The notes beneath the pieces are model-generated. The model did no database searches. It saw only the letters and a list, made by a program, of their open reading frames with translations, and was not told the origin of the DNA. From the NCBI GenBank assembly GCA_016930255.1, contig JAFGHB010000005.1, forward strand, positions 6,942 through 70,941: a DNA stretch of 64,000 bases. The letters are read 5' to 3'. Positions 1 through 9,102 of the stretch are shown in pieces. The translations under genes were made by a program, and so were the position numbers. Within the stretch, counting starts at the first letter, position 1. The number at the start of each line of letters is the position of its first letter. Source of the stretch: Methanomicrobia archaeon. Its GTDB lineage: Archaea > Halobacteriota > Syntropharchaeia > Alkanophagales > Methanospirareceae.

Positions 1-10
1 CATACGTTCT

Positions 11-505
11 TTACCTCCTCTCTTCTTCTCCACTCAACTTACTCTTATAATCCTCCAGAGCCGCTCTGAGCGTGTTCGCGGCAAGTAGAGCGCAATGAAT
101 ATTATCCTCGGGCAACCCGCCCAAAACCGACAGAACGTCCTTGTCCTGTATCCTTGACGCTTCTTCTACTGTCTTTCCTTTCGCCAGTTCGGTAATGACA
201 CTGCCGCATGCTGTTGAAGCGCCGCAGCCGTCGGTGATGAATTTGCTAGCCACGATCGTATCCCCTTTTACTGCAAGGTGTATCTGCACAGTATCGCCGC
301 ACGGACCCGTTATGCTGGCCGCACCGTCGGGATTCTTCAACTCTCCCACGTTCTTCGGGTTGTAAGCCTCTTCAAGCGTCCTTTCCGTGTAAATCTCTCG
401 CTCTTCCTTCTGAATCGTCTCTTCCATACTCGCTACAAACTCGTCTAAACCTGAATAATCCTTTCTATCTACTTTTGACCGCTCTTTTTGCGTCCCTTTA
501 TCCAT
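11..505 (-). CDS. NifU/IscU-like Fe-S cluster scaffold protein
   Basis: 164 aa; conserved Cys triad in ...GPCGD...DGCGAS...ACGS... typical of the NifU N-terminal / IscU fold; TAA stop. Confidence 0.8.
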   Translation of the reverse strand: MDKGTQKERSKVDRKDYSGLDEFVASMEETIQKEEREIYTERTLEEAYNPKNVGELKNPDGAASITGPCGDTVQIHLAVKGDTIVASKFITDGCGASTACGSVITELAKGKTVEEASRIQDKDVLSVLGGLPEDNIHCALLAANTLRAALEDYKSKLSGEEERR

Positions 506-607
506 TTCTTGTATCCCAAATTATCTGATTATCAGTATGCCTGTATCACACAGTAGTGAATTCCATAAGGTATGAGCACGCTAAAAATAGGATAAGGAGG
601 AGCTGAT

Positions 608-937
608 TTACTTCTTCAGCTCTTCCAAGCGCTTCTTTATCTGCTCTAACTGGTCACCAAGCATCTGCGCCTGTGATTCGAGCATTGTGATCTCCTGCTC
701 CTTCGGCATTGCAGGCATGCCTATTGGCGCTGTCGCTGCTACTGCTACTGGTGCAACAGGCGTTTGCTGCTGCATCCAGGAAGCAAACTGCGGCATCTGG
801 CCTGTCTGCATAAGATACTGCGCACCTGGCGGCATTCCCGTTGGACTTCTATCTATCCAGCCGGGAGAGTAGCCAAACCGCATCCACCCAGGCAAACCAG
901 TTAGATAATACATGTTTCTCCTTCTATTTCCTCCCAT
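608..937 (-). CDS. DUF5320-like Gly/Met/Pro-rich protein with C-terminal coiled-coil tag (LEQIKKRLEELKK)
   Basis: 109 aa, low-complexity N-terminus and a C-terminal heptad segment. The same tail is appended to the NifX-like ORF at 1399..1989. Resembles the Gly-rich coiled-coil family usually found next to DUF134 / NifX-like / Mrp genes. Confidence 0.45.
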   Translation of the reverse strand: MGGNRRRNMYYLTGLPGWMRFGYSPGWIDRSPTGMPPGAQYLMQTGQMPQFASWMQQQTPVAPVAVAATAPIGMPAMPKEQEITMLESQAQMLGDQLEQIKKRLEELKK

Positions 938-984
938 TTTTTCCTCTTCGCCTCCTAAACAGACTTTTTAACAAAACATTTCTC

Positions 985-1221
985 TCAGGGTCTCGCCATT
1001 TTAGACCCGCATTTGGGACAGGTTTGCTGGAAACAGGGCACGCCAACTTGATGAGGCATTGTATAGCCACACTGTGGGCATCGGCAATCTCCGCCAGGGC
1101 CCAAACCACTGCCACCCATTCGTCCTCGACCCTGACCACCTCGTCCCACTCCTTGACCTCGTCCTCCACCACGGCCCATGCCACTCATCTTATCGTAGCC
1201 ACCTCCCGTAGGAATAGCCAT
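985..1221 (-). CDS. Gly/Arg-rich (RGG-repeat) small protein with C-terminal CxxC...CxxC zinc ribbon
   Basis: 78 aa; GRGGGRGQGVGRGGQGRGR tract followed by CRCPQCG...CPKCG; same strand as its neighbours. Confidence 0.4.
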   Translation of the reverse strand: MAIPTGGGYDKMSGMGRGGGRGQGVGRGGQGRGRMGGSGLGPGGDCRCPQCGYTMPHQVGVPCFQQTCPKCGSKMARP

Positions 1222-1402
1222 AATGTGGTACGGGGTACGTTGAAGGAGCTAGTGGCCCATACATGCCAGTCCACCACCCACTGGGAAGCCATGGGAAGTT
1301 CCGGCAGAATGGATAGGGGTTTCCCATGCCCCTTCCAGGTCCTGACCCAAACCAAAATCCTCTCCCAAATCCCATTCCTCTTCCTCTCGGCATTTTTATC
1401 AC
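1190..1402 (-). CDS. Gly/aromatic-rich small protein (DUF5320-like N-terminal motif MPRGRGMGFGRG)
   Basis: 70 aa. Its start overlaps the stop of the upstream NifX-like gene by 4 bp (translational coupling). Overlaps the 5' end of 985..1221 by 32 bp, so only one of the two models may be right. Confidence 0.3.
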   Translation of the reverse strand: MIKMPRGRGMGFGRGFWFGSGPGRGMGNPYPFCRNFPWLPSGWWTGMYGPLAPSTYPVPHYGYSYGRWLR

Positions 1403-1989
1403 TCCTTTTTCAGTTCCTTTATCCGCTTCTTCACTTCTTCCAAACTCTTCTCCAAAGACTCAACCACCGCTGATAGCTGCTCGACGTCATCTTCTTTTGC
1501 TTTCGGCTCGACGGGCATTTGCTGCGGTTGCTGTGGTGGCATTGGTTGCTGCATGCCAAGTCCCATACCTCGGCCCATGCCTCTGCCGCCGCCTCGGCCT
1601 CCACCCATGCCTAGGCCCATCCCTGCGCCCATACCCGCATGAGCGGCAACCGTCGAAGTTCCCGTCTCACTGAGCTTACCGCTTTTATACATCTCAACCG
1701 CTTCTTTTACCGTGCCGTAAGCGCCCGTTGCGATTTTCACGCCTGCAGTCGAAAGCACCTGAAACGCATTGGGACCCATGTTACCTGAAATGACCACGTC
1801 CACGCCTTTATTCACCATTGCTTGCGCCGCTTGAATCCCCGCGCCTCCCGGTGCGTTCATGGCTTCGTTTGGCAGTGCTTCGAACGCCATCGTGTCAGCA
1901 TCAACGATAACGAAATATTGACTCCTTCCAAATCGCGGGTCTACCTGTGCATTCAAATCACCCGCTGTCGCTGTTACACAAATCTTCAT
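1399..1989 (-). CDS. NifX/NifB-like dinitrogenase FeMo-cofactor-family domain protein with Gly/Met-rich coiled-coil C-terminal extension
   Basis: 196 aa. The N-terminal ~115 aa match the Nitro_FeMo-Co fold (MKICVTA...DPRFGRS..F.IVD...GVDVVI.G.MGP.A...L...GVKI). The C-terminus is GMGAGMGLGMGGGRGGGRGMGRGMG...LEEVKKRIKELKKE. Confidence 0.75.
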   Translation of the reverse strand: MKICVTATAGDLNAQVDPRFGRSQYFVIVDADTMAFEALPNEAMNAPGGAGIQAAQAMVNKGVDVVISGNMGPNAFQVLSTAGVKIATGAYGTVKEAVEMYKSGKLSETGTSTVAAHAGMGAGMGLGMGGGRGGGRGMGRGMGLGMQQPMPPQQPQQMPVEPKAKEDDVEQLSAVVESLEKSLEEVKKRIKELKKE

Positions 1990-2035
1990 CTCTTTTCCCT
2001 CCTAAGTGAATATATATTCATATTGGTATATAAAG

Positions 2036-2896
2036 TTATTCCTTTGCTTTTTTACCCTCCACAAACGCTCGCACGTTCTTCACGATCTCTTCAAATGCCT
2101 TACTCACTTGCGACCCCGTGTGTAGCACAAAGGGCGTTCCATTGTCCGCAGCTTCGACCATCTCGGGATCAAGTGGCACCCTGCCGAGGAACGGCACACC
2201 TAATTCCTCCGCCGCACGCTCGCCTCCGCCGTACTTGAAGATGTTTACCTCTTTGCCACAGTGCGGACAGGTAAAACCACTCATATTCTCTATTACGCCT
2301 ATGACGGGCACTTTCAAGATCTCTGAGAAGTTCACTGCCTTCCGCGAGTCAAGCAATGCCAGATCCTGCGGTGTTGTGACGATGATCGCGCCGTCCACCT
2401 TCTTCATCAGTTGCACAACGCTGAGCGGCTCGTCTCCTGTCCCTGGCGGAAGATCCACAATCATATAATCCAGCTCACCCCACTCCACACCGGACAGAAA
2501 TTGTCGTATCGCATTCATCTTCATCGGGCCACGCCAGATAACCGAAGAGTTTTTACTCGGAAGTAAAAACGCGATGGAAATCGCTTTCAGTCGCGGTGTG
2601 ACGGGAACCGGATAGATTTTATCTTCGTGTACTTCCGGCCGCTTCTCCTCGATTCCCAAGATCTTCGGCACATTCGGCCCGTGTATGTCCGCATCCATCA
2701 ACCCTACATCTAAACCCTGCATACCAAGAGCGAACGCGAGATTCGCGGCTACTGTCGTCTTTCCTACGCCGCCCTTGCCGCTCATCACCATTATCTTATA
2801 CTTTACCTTTGCCATTCGTGACTCTACCGTCCCTTCTTGCTCTTTTCCCTTCTCTTCGCCTTTATTTTCCTCTACTATTCCCTTTTCCGTGCTCAT
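2036..2896 (-). CDS. Mrp/NBP35/ApbC-family P-loop ATPase (Fe-S cluster carrier)
   Basis: 286 aa; deviant Walker [10 protein letters not shown]; C-terminal CPHCG motif; N-terminal Lys/Glu-rich extension. Confidence 0.85.
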   Translation of the reverse strand: MSTEKGIVEENKGEEKGKEQEGTVESRMAKVKYKIMVMSGKGGVGKTTVAANLAFALGMQGLDVGLMDADIHGPNVPKILGIEEKRPEVHEDKIYPVPVTPRLKAISIAFLLPSKNSSVIWRGPMKMNAIRQFLSGVEWGELDYMIVDLPPGTGDEPLSVVQLMKKVDGAIIVTTPQDLALLDSRKAVNFSEILKVPVIGVIENMSGFTCPHCGKEVNIFKYGGGERAAEELGVPFLGRVPLDPEMVEAADNGTPFVLHTGSQVSKAFEEIVKNVRAFVEGKKAKE

Positions 2897-2934
2897 AGTT
2901 CATTTATCCCCCTCAGAAAGTCTTAAAATATCAA

Positions 2935-3339
2935 TTAAAGCATTCCTCCTCGTCTGCACCATCTTCCTCTTCCATAACCAACCGGTACCGTAGGAGAAGG
3001 CTTTTGAACGTCATCAGCCTTGGTCAGTATGTAATTACCGCCCTCTATTCGAATAGCTTTACCTTCGACGAAGGCTTCGGCTATCTTCCGATGCGCTTCG
3101 CTTACTATCCGGTGGAACGTCGGTTGCGAAACACCCATTCGTTCTGCTGCTTCCTCTTGGCTCAGCCGAAGATGATCTTTCAGTCTTATACTCTCCAGCT
3201 CCTCCACCTTCAATACGCTCTCCTCTAGCTCTGAGTCTTGTCCTCCGTCTCCATCTCCACCACGCGGCTCGAACCGCGGCTCAAAGTAGAGGAATAGCGG
3301 CTCAAAGCCCACGCATCGGCATCGTCTTCTCCCTGGCAT
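2935..3339 (-). CDS. DUF134 (UPF0251) putative DNA-binding regulator
   Basis: 134 aa; N-terminal RRCRC..FEP..FEP box and a sigma-70-region-4-like HTH (LSQEEAAERMGVSQPTFHRIV). Lies in the common DUF134 / NifX-like / Mrp neighbourhood. Confidence 0.65.
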   Translation of the reverse strand: MPGRRRCRCVGFEPLFLYFEPRFEPRGGDGDGGQDSELEESVLKVEELESIRLKDHLRLSQEEAAERMGVSQPTFHRIVSEAHRKIAEAFVEGKAIRIEGGNYILTKADDVQKPSPTVPVGYGRGRWCRRGGML

Positions 3340-3568
3340 GGTACTATAATAGCTGAATATATATTCTTATTTACTTACTCTTAAAGTTTCTCGACCTTCC
3401 GTCTGCACTCCATCGCCAAGGGTTGAGGTTGCTCTGAAGTGATAATGGTAAGAGGGCGATACTGCAGCAAACGGCATGCTGTTCTCCCCGTGTACCGCAC
3501 TGATCAGAAGCTTTTATGGGAGACCGTGTAATTAATAATAGAGCACGCACGTAGTCAGGAGTAGAATC

Positions 3569-4039
3569 ATGCCACGAAAAGACGAGTTAAAGAATAAGGA
3601 GATCGAATGCCCGAAATGCTGGGTCACGATGCGCCAGGAGGAAGTCGAGGTCTTCGGTCCGAACATCATCATCGACCGCTGTCCCGAGTGTGGCGGAATC
3701 TGGTTGGATCACGGTGAATTGAACAAGCTGTTAAAAGACAGGAAACTCTCGAATTATCTGACCAAGCACATTGGTACTCAGAGCAAGAGCAAACTGGTAT
3801 GTCCCCGATGCGGGTGGTTGATGGACATCGAGACCGCAGAAGACGTAGAAGTCGATGTTTGTTTGAAATGCGGCGGGGTCTGGCTCGATGCGGGTGAGCT
3901 GGAGAAGTTGCGGGAGATCTCGGATGCCGGCTTTGAAGGTGATGAACTCGCGAAGGCAGAAGAGCGGTGGGAAGAGCTGAGACAAAAGGATCGTGAATCG
4001 GTGCTTCTAGGACTCTTCAGTCGATTATCGCGACGGTGA
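3569..4039 (+). CDS. tandem TFIIB-type zinc-ribbon domain protein
   Basis: 156 aa; two copies of CP.C......C..CGG.WLD.GEL.KL. Confidence 0.6.
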   Translation: MPRKDELKNKEIECPKCWVTMRQEEVEVFGPNIIIDRCPECGGIWLDHGELNKLLKDRKLSNYLTKHIGTQSKSKLVCPRCGWLMDIETAEDVEVDVCLKCGGVWLDAGELEKLREISDAGFEGDELAKAEERWEELRQKDRESVLLGLFSRLSRR

Positions 4040-4054
4040 GGTGAATAGAGGTCA

Positions 4055-4798
4055 CTACTCCTTTAACTCCTCGTCCTTCAACCGTTCCACAATCTCCTTT
4101 ATAACCGCCTTTAAATTCTGTATATTATCGTAATCCTCTGCTGATTCTACCGTGCCAGCGCCAGCCTTAACTATCGAAATCAGGTTGTCCAGAGCGCGTT
4201 CTATATCGTCCACAATGCTTACGGTCGCATGCCGAGACGTTCTCGATACCGGATTCAAATCGATGGTCACTACCTTCTTACCCATCGCGATTAAGGCTTC
4301 GCACCGATCACCGTCTTCTAACGGCGTCAGAACTGCGTCCGCATCGTAAATACCATCAGCGTCGACGCGTGCTCGTGCGTGCTCTATGCCAGGTATTCTC
4401 GCATCTGCTTTCACACCCAGCACGTTCGTAGCGCCGTGCCGCTCTAGGTGCTCCTTTATCTTCCGCACGCGCTCCTCAGTCCAGTAAAAGATGTTGACCT
4501 CCAGCGGCGCGTTCAGCAACTCGCTCAGCTCGATCACCTGTTCAGGCACCAGCGCCGCGACGTTGCCATTCACGGAGATTACAGGCTTCTTTGCTCGGAG
4601 CAGTAAAGCAGCGGCTGCTTCCGTCGCCCGCATCACAGACGGTAACGTTCGTTCACCGAGCAGATAATCGAACGCTTCGCCACGACCGTGCGCGATCAAG
4701 CCTTGCCTGCTGGTTATACCTGCCTCTATACCTTCAACGATCCTTTCACGCTTCACTAACGATTTGTACCGGGGATGTGACTCTGGAACTCGAAACAT
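4055..4798 (-). CDS. archaeal 4-phosphopantoate--beta-alanine ligase (phosphopantothenate synthetase, DUF137 family)
   Basis: 247 aa; motif ..IAHGRGEAFDYLLGE..; the length and conserved blocks fit the archaeal CoA-pathway enzyme. Confidence 0.6.
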   Translation of the reverse strand: MFRVPESHPRYKSLVKRERIVEGIEAGITSRQGLIAHGRGEAFDYLLGERTLPSVMRATEAAAALLLRAKKPVISVNGNVAALVPEQVIELSELLNAPLEVNIFYWTEERVRKIKEHLERHGATNVLGVKADARIPGIEHARARVDADGIYDADAVLTPLEDGDRCEALIAMGKKVVTIDLNPVSRTSRHATVSIVDDIERALDNLISIVKAGAGTVESAEDYDNIQNLKAVIKEIVERLKDEELKE

Positions 4799-4829
4799 AA
4801 GCTTTAAACAACACCACTAAACTGGCTGA

Positions 4830-5165
4830 TTATATCCGTTTAATGGTAATTTCACGCTTCTTCGGCGTTATCTGCTTCAGAATCTCTTTAAATTGCGCAT
4901 CGGTGATCATGCTCTTTAATCGCCCCGTCTGCGCTAATGCAATGAGCTGATTCTCCAACAGCTCGGCCAGTTCAGGCTTTGCCATGCGAATGGTATTCAA
5001 CCGCTCTCGTGCCTCGGAAGTGAGAATTTGCCGGATGATGTTCTTCTTTGCCTCTTCGAGCTCCTGGCGCTTCTGCTCCTCCGCTGCAGCCCCTGCGTGC
5101 TCCTGTTGCAATTGCTCAAGCTTGCGCCTCCGTAACGCTTCTAACTCCGCTTCATCACCGGCCAT
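4830..5165 (-). CDS. PDCD5/TFAR19-like dsDNA-binding protein
   Basis: 111 aa; charged helical protein with the conserved block LTSEARERLNTIRMAKPELAELLE. Confidence 0.7.
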   Translation of the reverse strand: MAGDEAELEALRRRKLEQLQQEHAGAAAEEQKRQELEEAKKNIIRQILTSEARERLNTIRMAKPELAELLENQLIALAQTGRLKSMITDAQFKEILKQITPKKREITIKRI

Positions 5166-5184
5166 CTTTCATACGCTCCCTTAC

Positions 5185-5649
5185 TTAATCTTCCTTCGGT
5201 TCAGCGTGCATAAGCTTCAGCTCGTGCGCAGTGTTGTCAAGGAACTTCTGGCCCTTCGGCGAGATCTTCCGACCTCTCTTCGTCTTCGTTACGTACTCCG
5301 CTCGTTCTAACTGCATAAGCACTTCGCGAATTATCTTACCCGACGCTTCTCGGAACCGCTCCTTCTTCGTACCCCTTCGCACTCTTCCACCGTAATAGGT
5401 GCGCAGCCTTGCCACTCCGACCGGCCCGTGGAGATAGATCTGCCGGAGCACGGACGCGCATCGCACCCACCACCAGTCTTCATTCTCTGGCGGTAACTCT
5501 TTATGCGCGCCTTTCTTGACATCCAAGCCCCACTTAGGCAGAGAAATCGCTTTATTCTTTTTCAACTTCTCCCCGGCCATCTTTACCAGTTTATCCGGTG
5601 GCACATCGTATACTGTCGTCATTTTATTTATCCATTTATATGCCACCAA
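5185..5649 (-). CDS. rps19e: 30S ribosomal protein eS19
   Basis: 154 aa; typical eS19 blocks (PPENEDWWWVRCASVLRQIYLHGPVGV..LR..YGG). Confidence 0.85.
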   Translation of the reverse strand: MVAYKWINKMTTVYDVPPDKLVKMAGEKLKKNKAISLPKWGLDVKKGAHKELPPENEDWWWVRCASVLRQIYLHGPVGVARLRTYYGGRVRRGTKKERFREASGKIIREVLMQLERAEYVTKTKRGRKISPKGQKFLDNTAHELKLMHAEPKED

Positions 5650-5706
5650 GACATAAAAGTTTATGTACTAAAAGTAGTGGGTATTTGGTGAATGGAGAGC
5701 GCGTAA

Positions 5707-7179
5707 ATGGAGGTAAAAATCGGTTTAGAATGTCATGCACAACTTCTCACGAAGTCGAAATTATTCTGCCCTTGCTCTACCGATTATCATAACGCCGAGC
5801 CGAATACGCACGTCTGTGCCACCTGTTTGGGCTTACCCGGTGCGCTACCCGTGGTTAACCGGCGTGCAGTACGCTACGGCATAAAAATCGCGCTCGCTTT
5901 AGGCTGCTCCGTGCAGTCCGACATCATCTTCTACCGGAAGAATTATTACTATCCTGACCTCCCACGCGGGTTCCAGATTACGCAGTATGATTTCCCCATT
6001 GCGTTTGGTGGCCTGGTGCGCATAGAGAGCGAAGACAGTGATGGCAACGGCGGAAAAGAGCGCGAGATCCGAATCACGCGAGTGCACATGGAGGAAGACC
6101 CCGGCAGGCTGGTGTACAAGGGAACGATCGATACGGCGAGCTACGCGCTCGTTGATTATAATCGGTCAGGAATGCCGCTGGTGGAGATCGTTACGGAGCC
6201 CGATCTCAGGTCGCCGAAGGAGGCTCGCATATACCTGAACAAGCTGCGGAGTATTCTGGAGTACCTGGACGTATTTGACGGCGATTTAGAAGGTGCGATG
6301 CGTGTGGACGCGAACATCTCGATCGAGGGCGGCGAACGTGCGGAAATAAAGAACATCTCGTCGTTTAAAGGCGTGGAGCGCGCTCTGCTCTTCGAGATAA
6401 CGCGGCAGAAGAATATGCTGCGACGCGGGCTCACCGTACAGCAGGAGACGCGGCATTACGATGAAGTGCGCGGCATCACGCTTTCGATGCGCACGAAGGA
6501 GTTCGAGCACGACTACCGCTATTTCCCGGAGCCCGACCTCGTGCCGATTCGCATTGCGCCCTATGTCGATGGAGTGCGGCAGGAGATCCCGGAACTACCG
6601 GACGAAAAGAAGCTGCGGTTCGCACAGCACTATGGCATAACGCGAGAGCATGCGAATTCGCTCACCTACGATCTCCATACCGCGGACTTTTTTGAAGCGG
6701 TAGCGGCGAAGATCGATCCGAAACTGAGTGCGACCTGGATTGCGGACGTTTTGAAAGGTGAGTTGAATTATCGCTCCCTGTCCATGAAGGATGCATTGGC
6801 AATGATCTCACCCTACAATTTTGTCGCTATTTTAACCTATTTGAAAACGGGCATGATCACCGAACGGGGCGCGACGGAGATCATTCGGGAGACGCTCGAT
6901 CACGGCGGTACGCCCAAGGAGATTATAGCGCGGAAAGGGCTGGGCAGTATCGGGCTGGACGCGATTGAAACGGCGATTGAAGCAGTGCTTAAGGAGCATG
7001 CAAGTGCCGTTCAGGATTACCGAGCGGGCAAAAAAGAAGTATTGAATTTCCTCGTCGGGCAGGTGATGAAGCAGACCCGAGGTAGATCGGAACCAAAAAT
7101 AGTTCGTAATATGCTGATAGAGGCGTTATATAAGAAGGTAATAGACGATGCGACTAAGAGGTATTATGAACCTTTTTGA
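5707..7179 (+). CDS. gatB: Asp/Glu-tRNA amidotransferase subunit B
   Basis: 490 aa; GLE.H.QL.T.SKLFC.C, YPDLPRGFQITQ and GatB length; TGA stop. Confidence 0.85.
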   Translation: MEVKIGLECHAQLLTKSKLFCPCSTDYHNAEPNTHVCATCLGLPGALPVVNRRAVRYGIKIALALGCSVQSDIIFYRKNYYYPDLPRGFQITQYDFPIAFGGLVRIESEDSDGNGGKEREIRITRVHMEEDPGRLVYKGTIDTASYALVDYNRSGMPLVEIVTEPDLRSPKEARIYLNKLRSILEYLDVFDGDLEGAMRVDANISIEGGERAEIKNISSFKGVERALLFEITRQKNMLRRGLTVQQETRHYDEVRGITLSMRTKEFEHDYRYFPEPDLVPIRIAPYVDGVRQEIPELPDEKKLRFAQHYGITREHANSLTYDLHTADFFEAVAAKIDPKLSATWIADVLKGELNYRSLSMKDALAMISPYNFVAILTYLKTGMITERGATEIIRETLDHGGTPKEIIARKGLGSIGLDAIETAIEAVLKEHASAVQDYRAGKKEVLNFLVGQVMKQTRGRSEPKIVRNMLIEALYKKVIDDATKRYYEPF

Positions 7180-8162
7180 ACACGAAATCCAGCTTCATCC
7201 GCATACCGCTCGATCAGCGGCTTTAATCGGTCGCTGTACCAGCCCTTCTGGATATATTGTGGATAAATCGGCAGCCGCTCCCGTAACTCAAACGGTGCGA
7301 TTTTATGTCTGAGTTCTTCCTCTCGGGGCCAAGGCGCTTCTGGATTGATGTAATCAATCGTCCGTTCCGAGATGCCGCCGAGGTCCGATGCACCCAGCTC
7401 GATCAATTCTTTCGGTGAGGTTAAGTTCGGCGGCACCTGAATCGCAATATCATCGGGCAATAGTGAGCGCGCTGCACGCACCGTCTCTTTTATCACCTCA
7501 AACGACGGTGAGGGTGTCTCCCACATCGCCGTTCTCGGCTTCGGTAAGAACGGCTGGATAATAACTTCCTGGATATGCCCGTACTGCTTGTGTACCGATG
7601 CAATAGCTTCTAACGAGCGGATACGATCTTCGTTGCTCTCGCCGATCCCGATTAAAATGCCAGTGGTGAACGGTATTTTTAGTTTGCCAGCCTCTTCGAT
7701 CATCTGTAAACGCAATGCGGAGTCTTTACCTGGCGAGTTCCTGTGCGCCTCCAACTCTGCAGTGGTTTCGAGCATCAGGCCCATCGAGGCGTTCACGTCT
7801 TTTAATTCAAGGAGCTCTTCCCGGCTCAACACGCCCAAATTGCAGTGTGGCAGTAACCCGTGCTGTATCGCGAGTTCACAGAGATGCTTCGTGTATGCAA
7901 CGAGCGATGAAAAACCCTCTCTGGTAACGCGGTCGTTAAAGAACGAGGAAAGAGCTGCGTCTTCGGGATTCTCACCCCCGGAGAAAAGAGCCTCGGTCGC
8001 CGCGCCTTTGTTCAGCACAACGGTTACAAAGTCAGATACCGTGGTGACGTACGCATCGTTGCGGCTGCGCGCTCGAAAAACACAGTAGTCGCAGGCGTTT
8101 CTGCAGACGTTCGTCACCGGTATGAAAATGTTCTTCGAGAAGGTTACGTACTTGCGAGTCAT
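7164..8162 (-). CDS. cofG: FO synthase subunit 1 (7,8-didemethyl-8-hydroxy-5-deazariboflavin synthase, radical SAM)
   Basis: 332 aa; CRNACDYCVF radical-SAM cluster near the N-terminus; GILIGIGES block; TAA stop. Overlaps the gatB stop in convergent orientation. Confidence 0.7.
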   Translation of the reverse strand: MTRKYVTFSKNIFIPVTNVCRNACDYCVFRARSRNDAYVTTVSDFVTVVLNKGAATEALFSGGENPEDAALSSFFNDRVTREGFSSLVAYTKHLCELAIQHGLLPHCNLGVLSREELLELKDVNASMGLMLETTAELEAHRNSPGKDSALRLQMIEEAGKLKIPFTTGILIGIGESNEDRIRSLEAIASVHKQYGHIQEVIIQPFLPKPRTAMWETPSPSFEVIKETVRAARSLLPDDIAIQVPPNLTSPKELIELGASDLGGISERTIDYINPEAPWPREEELRHKIAPFELRERLPIYPQYIQKGWYSDRLKPLIERYADEAGFRVQKGS

Positions 8163-8241
8163 CGTCTCTCGTAGAGTGCCTCGTTAACTATAAATAAACT
8201 CAGCAAATAAACTAACATAAGTAGAGTAAGGTGGATGAGAG

Positions 8242-9102
8242 ATGAAAATAATACCCGGAGTAACCACGCAGGTTTTGGCTGCGCGCATTGCGGCGGAACT
8301 GGGCGGAAACGCCTCATTATGCGAGTTCAAGAAGTTCCCCGACGGGGAGTTGTATACGCGTGTGGTGGACGAGATAAAAGACGAGGAAGTAACGATTGTG
8401 CAGAGCCTCATGGCAGATTACGGCTTGATCTCCCTGTTGCAATTGATCGACGCCGTAGAAGAGGCACATAAAACGACCGTGGTCATTCCCTATTTGGGCT
8501 ATGCACGGCAGGATAAGCGATTTAAACCCGGTGAAGCGATTAGCTCACGGGCAATCGCACGCGGCATCAGCTTTGCCGGCATCGTTGATAAGATCTACGT
8601 GGTGAACGTGCATAATCGGGCGGTGTTGCAGTATTTCGATGTCGATGCGAAGGAGCTCGATGCCGCCCCGTTAATTGGCGATTACATCGCGAGGAAGAAG
8701 ATCGTAAAGCCCGTGATCATCGGACCTGACGAGGGTGCACGCGAGTTAGCAAAGGCAGTTGCTGCGCCGCACGGCTTCGAGTATGACGTGCTGGAGAAGA
8801 AACGGATTAGCGGCGAGGAAGTGCAGATAAAGCCAAAAGAGTTGAGCGTGGAAGGCAAGAACGTGGTCATTGTGGACGACATCATCTCCACGGGCGGCAC
8901 AATCGCAGAAGCGGCGGCTATGCTCAAAGCACGAGATGCCAACGATATTTACGTCGCGTGCATTCACGGCCTGTTCGCGCAAAATGCCACCCTCCGCATA
9001 CTCAATGCGGGTGTCAAGAGCATCATCGCAACCGACACCATACAATCCATCTTCAGCGAGATAAGCGTCGCGAAGATGATCGCCGACGAATTAGCCAAGT
9101 GA
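8242..9102 (+). CDS. prs: ribose-phosphate pyrophosphokinase
   Basis: 286 aa; PRPP-binding loop VVIVDDIISTGGTI. Confidence 0.85.
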   Translation: MKIIPGVTTQVLAARIAAELGGNASLCEFKKFPDGELYTRVVDEIKDEEVTIVQSLMADYGLISLLQLIDAVEEAHKTTVVIPYLGYARQDKRFKPGEAISSRAIARGISFAGIVDKIYVVNVHNRAVLQYFDVDAKELDAAPLIGDYIARKKIVKPVIIGPDEGARELAKAVAAPHGFEYDVLEKKRISGEEVQIKPKELSVEGKNVVIVDDIISTGGTIAEAAAMLKARDANDIYVACIHGLFAQNATLRILNAGVKSIIATDTIQSIFSEISVAKMIADELAK

